Assembly: GCF_009914755.1 (NCBI RefSeq)
Contig: NC_060926.1
DNA from: the human T2T-CHM13v2.0 reference genome, Homo sapiens
Length of the DNA: 64,000 nucleotides
Strand: one strand, 5' to 3'
Positions 55,470-64,000 of this stretch are shown in pieces. Positions within the stretch are counted from its first letter, which is position 1. Each line of letters opens with the position of its first letter. The position numbers and the translations under genes were made by a program. A model generated the notes under the pieces. That model saw only the letters and a list, made by a program, of their open reading frames with translations, was not told the DNA's origin and did no database searches.

Positions 55470-56080
55470 GATTTACAAATCATAGTAAAATAACCAATAT
55501 TCTTTATGGTAAATTCCGTAAAGCCAATTGATTAGTATAAAATGTTTTTGTTGAAGTCGTAGACAGCCTATGATTGTATTTGATGAATAAGTATATTTCC
55601 AACCTAAATATTGGCTGAAATTTCTCTTTACATTAAAGAGAAAGATGAAAGTAAAACAATGAAAATGCATATAAAATTTGTTTATCAATGGCATAAGAAA
55701 CTTTCTTGTTGAGTCAGATAAAGTTTTTTAATATTGAAAGAATATTTCTTCAACTTTTTGTGCCATTAACAATGTGAAAACTAGAGAGTGACACACATAA
55801 GTTAAATGTGCATTATTACTGTTTTCTCCATCACTTAAAAAAATCTAGACAATCAACAAAACAATAAGCTAAACCCTGATTTTAGGGTTTGCTAGTTACT
55901 GTAATATAGATACTCCCACCACGGCCAATTTGAATAAAAGTAAAATGTAGTGAGTTAATAAGGAAGTGATGGGTTTTAAGAATCTGTTTTAAATTTAATT
56001 TAGTTGGAAATTTACAGAATTTAATTTAAAATAATGATTGTGTTTAACAACTGACTTTCATAATTCCTGAAAATTTAATA
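55470..56080. mobile_element. MER63-like hAT-Blackjack element
   Basis: ATCTAGACAATCAACAAAACAATAAG and ATACTCCCACCACGGCCAATTT. Confidence 0.6.
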
Positions 56081-56084
56081 GTCA

Positions 56085-56217
56085 GATATTGAGGGTAATC
56101 AGATATCGACACTGAGGAGTTTTTGCTAAAACTGAACTTTATAAGGAAGTGCACAGATGGGCTTGGGAGAAGGTTCTGGAGTCTGACTAGTTTGGCTGAC
56201 AAAGGAACCTTTGTCAC
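56085..56217 (-). mobile_element. ERV1 LTR 5' fragment (MER31-like)
   Basis: Minus strand TGACAAAGGTTCC...AGTCAGACTCCAGAACCTTCTCCCAAGCCCATCTGTGCACTTCC. Confidence 0.6.
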
Positions 56218-58411
56218 ATTGAATTAGCTTGAGTTGGCATTTATGTTTATGGTACTGGGAAAATGTTCTCATGATTGAGACTTTGGAATAGCCCTCTTTC
56301 CTGCTCTTCCCTCAGCAATTTCTTGCATTGTGAAAGAAAAATTTTCTGCTTTGATTTTCCAGCACAGACCTGCCTCCACTAGTGCTATTTTAATTTGATT
56401 CTGCAACACCCCTCAATCCTGCCTGCTCTAATCTCATCACAGCATGTTCCAATAACATTTCTTGGCTCATGTTTTTGCTACTTGGCATCAGCACCTCTAA
56501 AATGAATGCAGTATTTCATAGAGAGGCACATGATCAAGCACTAGGTAAAACATCACAACTACGGCCACTGTTTTGGGGGTATTCCGGCTTTAAGTTTCTG
56601 AAACAAATTTCATGCATGGAGATTTAGCCATTTCACTTGCATAATAATTTCACTTAATGATTAACTTGTACTTCCAATTTATGTCATCAAAATGTGTCCT
56701 TTCCAGAAAATGTCAATGATAACCTGCATGATTTATTCTTAGGACCTTCTCAAAAATGCTACATGTAAATGAGGAACATCTGAGTTTGAGGGCATCATTT
56801 CTCCAATTTGATACTTTTTATAAAGCTGCATCCCTCTCTTTGTAATGCACAAGTGACTGAGGCCAAATGGAGGAATTTTTCAAAGCCTCTCTGAAAGCAA
56901 AGAAATACAATTATCTGTATACCAACCACATCCTGCTGAGGTTAGAGTTAATTCTCATGACTAAAAATGGAGATATAAGTAGCAATTACATAGTTGTGGC
57001 TATCCACAGCACATTTAAACAATGGAAATATTAGTCCCCAGGTTTAAATATGTCTGTATTTCTCCCAGACTCCTCTTCAAAATCATGCAATAGGTTATTG
57101 GGATCTGCATTCCTAAGTTGGCTGTCCTTCAGGACAATGTTTAAAGGTATATTTCCCTATCTACACTACTTCCACTGGAATCTGCTGAACCGATCTGTGT
57201 TTTTATTTCTTAGAACATACTTATGTTTTTCAATTTAAACTGTGTTGGTTTTTTCTTTTCAGTCCCCTATTACAAAGGCTTTTCTGCAATGTCATTTCAA
57301 ACTACAACACAGTGATTATTTATATCATTGGCAGCTTGTCAGTGCCTCTCATGTGTTTGGGGTTCTTTTCTTTTCCCTCCTCTCCATCTTATGCAAAGAC
57401 AAATGTTATCCCTCATCTTAAAGGTTAATATGGATGGTGAAATCCCATGATCTCAAAGGCAGTGCAGTAATTTTTATAAGCATCAATACCTGCATTGTTT
57501 ACAGAGTACAGCAGGGATGAGTTTGCTCATTACCACATGCAGACTGAGAAAATTAGGACAAGTGCATGCTTAATCATTTCCCAAAGAAACAGAAATGCTA
57601 TCTTCCTCAAATGTTCCTCTGAGAAGGATGTACTGAATGTTAAAAATATAGGTATCCAATTACCAGATGAAAACTGAGCTACATATTCACTGTATCCTTC
57701 ATCTAAAAAGTTCCATACATAAGGACCTTGCCATATTTTCATACTTTTTCCCCTTCCATGTATCTCTCTGAGCAATTAAGTGATTTGCCTACTGGCAGTT
57801 CAATAAGCTTTTGATAGAATGGACCCATTTATTGTAAAGAAATATGCCTAAGGCTCCCTCTGGGACTCATAGCTAAGGCATGGGTAGTGTAAATATAATA
57901 TGGGGTAATATTCAAATGTTGGAGTCAAGTGTTCACCCGTCTCCTGGAATGATTTTTCTCCAACCGATCAATTGTGACTCTTTGCAGGGATAAAACAATG
58001 GCCACTATAAAAATGCAAAATATTGAATACTCATCTTAAATCTGTCTAATTTCTCTCAATCTCCATAACCAAACTCATCTCTATTATTGTAATAACTTCC
58101 TAATTAGTTTGTTTGCTGTTTATGTTTGTTGTTTATGAAAGATTTGTTTCTCTCTGACCAGGGGGTAACTCAGTGACATGCGGTCATTGTGCATTGGTGC
58201 ATAGAGGCTTCTCCACCATGTCTTCAGCTATACACATTTCATTGTGCAGATATTCCATGGTTTGCTTAACTGGTCCTTATCTGTAACCACCTTAGTTGTT
58301 ATCAATCAATTGCTGCTACAAAAAATGCTGTAACTTTACATAAACATAATTTCATGTAGCTAGAAATATAAATTCCCCCAAATAAGGTTGCTGGGTTAAA
58401 AGGAAAATGTA

Positions 58412-58839
58412 TGCTGTGTGTTGAATTTTGTCTCTAAAAAGTTATGTTCAAGTCCTAACATTTAGAACCCATGAATGTGGCTTTAGTTGGAAATAGGATC
58501 TCTGAAGATTTAATCAAGTTAAGATAAGGTTGTACTGGGGTAGGCTGGGCCATAATTCAATGACTGGTGCCCTTATAAGAAGAGAGAAGATTGGACAGAG
58601 ATATACAGGGAAAAACACTGTGAATATGAAGGCAGAGACTGGAGTGATGCATCTACCAACCAAGGAACAGCAAGGATTTCCAGCAACCACCAGATGCTAG
58701 TAAGAGGCAAGGAAGGATTCTTCCCCAGCACCTTGATTTCAGACTTCTAGCCTCCAGAACTGTGACATAATAAATTTCTGTTGTTTTAAGCAACCAAATT
58801 TGTGGCACTCAGTTATGGCAACCCTAGGAAACTAATACA
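58412..58839 (+). mobile_element. MLT1B-like LTR inserted in a minus-strand L1ME (~58200-59650)
   Basis: GAAGGCAGAGACTGGAGTGATGCATCTA...CCTAGGAAACTAATACA. Confidence 0.88.
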
Positions 58840-59659
58840 ATACCTTTGTAATTTTGACAACTATTTCTAGATTATGCTTCATGGACATTGTATCATGCTG
58901 TCCTCTCACTAGCAAAGCAAGGCAATGGTTCCTGTCCTTCAGCCTCACCAGCAGAGGGTAATGTTAAACTTCTGGATAACTTATTATCATCTATCGGATA
59001 GGCATCAAGGTAGTTTTCATCAGTGTAGTTTTAATTTATCATCAGTATAGTTTTAATTAATATTTTCCTTCTTATGAGTAAGTGTTTTGTCATATGTTTA
59101 AGGGCTATTAATATCTCTTTTTCTGTGAATACTCTGTTTATATTTTTTGTCATTTTTTTACTGTTTAGCTATTGTTGTTTTGTTTCAATTCGTAATTATA
59201 TTAGAGGATTAATTCTTTGTGGCAGATTTTGTAAACATCTTTTCCACTTTATCATTTGTCCTTTAAAATACCAATTCACTAAATTTTTGTTTAGACTAAT
59301 TTATTAATAATTTGTGTGGGTTCTGGAATTTGAATTGGAAAGATTTCTCTACTCCCAGTTTATAAAGGAATTCATCCATGATCTTTTTTTTTTTTTCATC
59401 AAAGCAGTTCATTGGAAATTTTGAAAGGATAAAGTTGGATCCAACTTTATCTTTTTCCAGATGGTACATAGTTTATTTCAACACCATTTATGCTTGAAAT
59501 GTTACCTTTATCATATACTGAATTCTCATATATGTTTGGATCTATTTCTGGGAATTCTATTTTGTTATATTGGCCTGACTTTCTATTCATGTGCCAATAG
59601 AAACCTGCCTTACTTTTTGAAGTTCTGAATGTGTTTGAATGTGTAAGCCATCTAGTCAA

Positions 59660-60700
59660 TTTTACCACTCACTCTCTCTAACGCACCCACTCCAATTAAG
59701 CCTCCATCTACATCACTTTACCCAAACTGCAGCCATCAAGATTTCCAATGAACCCCATGTGGCTAAGACAAATGGTTGGTTCTCAGCCCTCAACTAACTA
59801 GATTCGTCAGTGACATTTGACATAGTTGAAGAATTCCTCCTGAAAATACTTTCTTCAGTTACAGTCTTCTCTCTTGGTTATCTTACTACTTCACTGGTTG
59901 TTTCTTCTTAATCTCCTTGCACATTCTTTTCATTTCTCTGACCTGCAAGCCCCATGGCTTAGTCTTCTGACATCTCTATTCTCTCCATACTCACTTTCTG
60001 AATGATCCCATTTAGGGATAGTACATTAAATACCATCTGTATCCTAAAGACTACCATATTTTATATCTTTAACCAGGTCCTCTCCCATGAACTCAAGACT
60101 CATACATTTAATTGTTTATTCAATGTTTCTACTTGTACTTAAAAATTACTCTCTTGAAGACTCCATTCACAATTTCCCTCTACCAAATATGTTCCTTTTT
60201 TAAAAAAACAAAACAAAACAAAACAAAAATCTTAACTCTTTTTTCCCTCTCACACCTCACATCTATTACATAAGCAAATCCTGTCAGTTCTAACTTCAAA
60301 ATATTTCTGGAACCCAACCTCTTCTCAACATCTTCACTGCTAAGTTCTGGTCAAAGTCCAGTCCTCTTTTGAGAGGACTGCTGTAATATCCTCCTGCCTG
60401 GTCTCTGCCTCACCATATAGTCTATTCTTCCCACTGCAGTCAGATTCTTTAGAAGACATAAGTCAGATCATGTTGCTTTTCTGCTTAAAATTCTCCACAG
60501 GAATATCCATCTCGCTTAGAGCAAAGGAAAGGCCAAAGTCTTTGTCATGACCCAAAGACCCTAAAATAATGTGAGTTTCACGATGACCTGATCTCCTTCC
60601 ACACTTTCATATTCATTTCCAGCTGCAATGCCTCCTTGTTGTTTCTCATACCTGCTAGCTACTCTTTAATATTTTATTTCATTAAATCATCACAATTCTA
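59660..60700 (+). mobile_element. L2 LINE fragment
   Basis: GACATTTGACATAGTTGA; TAAATACCATCTGTATCCTAAAGAC; CATAAGTCAGATCATG. Confidence 0.7.
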
Positions 60701-60802
60701 CCATGTGGGGATCATCCTCGCTTTGCAGCTGATAAAGGGACACACAGAGAGTATACTATTCTTCCCAAGTCTGTACCATTAGTAGTAGAAGAACAAGGCC
60801 TC

Positions 60803-61178
60803 TGATATGGTTTGGTTCTGTGTCCCCACCCAAATCTCACCTTGAATTGTAATTCCCCAAGTCCCCACGTGTCAAGGGTGGGACAAGGTGGAGGTAATTG
60901 GATCATGGGGGTGGTTTCCCCCATGCTGTTCTTGTAATAGTGAGTTCTCATGAGATCTGATGGTTTTATAAGTGTCTGGCATGTTCCCTGCTTGCACTCA
61001 GTCCGTTCTGCTGCCCTGTGAAGAAGGTGCCTGCTTCTCCTTGGCCTTCTGCCCTGATTGTAAGTTGCCTGAGGGATTCTGCAGCAATGCAGAACTGTGA
61101 GTCCATTAAACCTCTTTTCTTTATAAATTACCCAGTCTCAAGTATTTCTTCATAACAGTGTGAGAATGGACTAATACA
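60803..61178 (+). mobile_element. THE1D-like solo LTR
   Basis: TGATATGGTTTGG...GGACTAATACA. Perfect TSD GCCTC at 60798-60802 and 61179-61183. Confidence 0.93.
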
Positions 61179-61227
61179 GCCTCTAACGTAGATCTCTTTA
61201 GAAGTTAATTCTAAATACTTTACTTCC

Positions 61228-61517
61228 TTTTGAGACAAGTTCTCTCTCTTGACCAGGGTGGAGTGCAGTGGTATGATCTCAGCTCACTGGGGTCAAGCAG
61301 TTCTCCCACCTCAATCTCCTGAGTAGCTGGGACTACAGGTATGTGCCACCACACCCAACTAATATTTGTGTATACACACATTTATTTATTTATTTATTGG
61401 TAGAGACAAGGCCTCACTATATTGCCCAGGCTCTTCTTGAACTCCTGGCTCAAGCGATGCACCCATGTCAGCCACCCAAACATCTAGGTTTATAGGTGTG
61501 AGCCACCACACCCAGAC
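61228..61517 (-). mobile_element. AluJ SINE with an internal deletion
   Basis: CACTATATTGCCCAGGCT and CCTGGCTCAAGCGAT are J-type features. Confidence 0.88.
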
Positions 61518-61573
61518 AATTCTTCCTATTATAGGAAATTTCTGGTTTGTAGTTATATCTATGTTGCTGTGTT

Positions 61574-61643
61574 ACCTGGAGCACCACCCTGAGTAACATA
61601 ACTTGGCCACCTGGAGCACCTCTCTGAGTAACATAACTTGGCC
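61574..61643. repeat. 35-bp tandem duplication
   Basis: ACCTGGAGCACC(ACCC/TCTC)TGAGTAACATAACTTGGCC twice, 2 mismatches. Confidence 0.9.
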
Positions 61644-63129
61644 TTAGTTTATTCACCTACAAAATGAGGACTTTGGTCTAAGTGTTCTCAAATTTCCTAC
61701 TCACTCAGAGGCTTAATAATTTCATGACTCTGGAATAGTCCCTGATACTTCTCAAAGAGAAGTTATTAGTGATTTTGCTGAGATGAGGAGAATGAAACAA
61801 AATATGAGAAGACATCAGTACAGAGAAAAACTTACTATAGCAGAAGTGAAGAGGTACTAAATGCATGTTTTTTATTACTCAGGAATTTTTTTTCTAGGTC
61901 TGTCCCTCTCAATTGTGGGGCATTTCAATTCAGTGTCCATATGTCAGTAAAATAACTTGCCTTTACCTGTTACTCTTTTCATCACCTCCATTTTCAGATC
62001 AGACAGTCAGCATGTGGAGAAAGGAGAAAACTTATTTTTATCCAGGCTCATGAAGCTTAAAAGAACTGTTTCCATTTCTTAAGTTTAGAAGGTTTATATA
62101 GCAACTCATCTCCCTAATTCTGCTTATAGTCAGGATAAAAGTTAAGTCACTCCAAAAGATAATGGTATACCTATAATCTACTATCTCAGTATCAATTCCA
62201 TCAGAGGTCCAAGGGGACAACACATTGGTTCCTGACTCTAAATCTATCCATGCTATCATACCAACATTCCTGCATCCTACTCACCTGAGGCAACTCTTCC
62301 ATAGCTTCTCTAGGGTTTGTCAGGTGGCTATGACATCATCCACTTGGGTTTAGTGCTGCTCTTGCCATTTCCTTGTGATGTAATTTGCTCTGTCTATAGT
62401 TGATGCTCCTCTCTCCTAAGGCCTGACTCTATAGGCTTGGGGGCAAGGCCTTCTCCAACTTTCTCCAATCTTTTACCTCTAGTCTCCTACAGTGCTATTC
62501 ACACTATCATTCTTTATCTTACATTCATGACGAATTGTTTTTTCCTTCTAGGAACCTGAATGGTTTCATTAGAGACTAGGATAGAAGCTAATTTGATAGA
62601 GTATAACGTATTACTGCTCCATGCTTCTGTGGAAGAAATAAAACTACTCAACTTGGGGAGTACACAAGAATTGCTGAATTTTTTTGTTGTTGTTTCTTTT
62701 AAATCAGATTAAATCTAACTCAGAGCCTCAGTCCACATACATAACAAAAAATGTAAGCTCACTTTTCACTGAGGAGCCCTCCATGAGCTGAAATAAGCAA
62801 AGTTTCTCATTTAGAGATTTTACATGATCAAAAGAGTACCTAGGTCCAACTTTCTGAGATCTCATGGCTGAAATAGCTGGTCAGGGAGCTGCATTTATAT
62901 GCACTGTGATGTGACTGGAAGCCCTGGGGATGAGCAAATATTTTTTAAAAAGTATACGTAAAATAATAAAAGAAATAATGAGTAGATGATTCCAGATGCT
63001 CTTTCTGTATAACTGTGATCCCCACTTTCCTTTAGAATCAGTCCAAATTCCCCACATCTCTGTTTTCTGTGGTCTGCACAGTGGTCAATGACACTGTAAC
63101 ATAAGACCAGAGAGCTCTGTGCTTTACCT

Positions 63130-63460
63130 GTCATAGCCCACTACCCTGGTGGGTAGGTAGAGGCCATTGTTTCTCCCACTTTACAGAGATACAGACATTT
63201 TAAGTAATTGGTGCAAGGTTACACAGAGATTAAATAGCAGAGCGAGGATTTGAGCCCAGATGCTGTGGCGCCAGAGTTCACCCTCTCAACACATGCCACT
63301 GTTAATCTCACATCAGCCCAAGAAGTTGGCAGTCTTCTGACTCCCACTTTACAACAGCAGAACTGAGGCAGGTGTGGGCTCTCTCTTGCTCATAATTACG
63401 CACCTATGAAAGGGAGAATGGAGTCCAGACCCAAGCCTAGATCTTCCAATCCCATAGCCC
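63130..63460 (-). mobile_element. Two adjacent MIR fragments
   Basis: CCCACTTTACAGAG...AAGGTTACACAG and CCCACTTTACAACAGCAGAACTGAGGCA. Confidence 0.7.
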
Positions 63461-63488
63461 TCATTTTTGGTTTCTCTTTAATCCTTGC

Positions 63489-63834
63489 TGCTATAGACCG
63501 GTTGTTTCTTTGAATAAACAAAATTCATATGTTAATACTAATCCTCAATGGGATGATATTTGGAGGCAGGGCCTTTGGGAGTTGATTAGGTTATGAGGGT
63601 AGAGGCCTCATAAAAGGGATTAGTGTTCTCATAAAAGAGACCCGAGATAGCCTGCTTGCTCTCCTTGCCATGTGAGAACACAGTAAAAAAGACTGCTATC
63701 TATGAACCAGGACACTGTGACAGTGCCTTGATATTGGACTTCTCCGCTTCCAGAACTGTGAGAAATCATTGTCTGTTGTTTATAAGTCACTCAGTCTGTA
63801 TAGTTTGTTATAGAAGCCCAAAAAGACCGAGACA
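63489..63834 (+). mobile_element. MLT1A-like solo LTR
   Basis: TGCTATAGAC...GGGCCTTTGGGAGTTGATTAGG...GAGACA. TSD CTTGC/CCTGC. Confidence 0.85.
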
Positions 63835-64000
63835 CCTGCTTTTCTCTTCGTTCCTCTTGTTTTAGAAAAAAGCAGATTCCCTTGAGAGGGGTAATGGGGC
63901 ACTCTGTTTGCTGTGTATCCCTGAGCTCACTCTTACATGCAGAGATGAGTCCAGGTGGGAGCAGCAGGGGTAGGAAACCTGTGCAGCGGAGGAGCCCAAG

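Overview
Primate (most likely human) non-coding genomic DNA, AT-rich and CpG-poor, made largely of interspersed repeats: L1PA and old L1M LINEs, Alus, MIR/L2, MaLR, ERV1 and ERVL solo LTRs, and hAT MITEs. I recognise no host protein-coding exon. The long ORFs in the track are L1 remnants; the rest look like chance ORFs. I found no clearly new biological system, but several unusual retrotransposition or repair events stand out. (1) A full-length U6 snRNA copy is joined directly to an almost complete L1PA 5' end (U6/L1 chimera), and that L1 keeps an open, extended antisense ORF0. (2) An L1PA4-like insertion carries a ~565-bp 3' transduction bounded by a 14-bp TSD. (3) A ~390-bp non-repeat segment occurs twice 1 kb apart, with one copy splitting a MIR. 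(4) A fold-back hairpin has been written into an L1 ORF2. (5) Four solo LTRs, including an HERV-H LTR7, cluster within 6 kb. Subfamily names come from remembered consensus sequences and need RepeatMasker/Dfam confirmation. Boundaries of old repeats are approximate.
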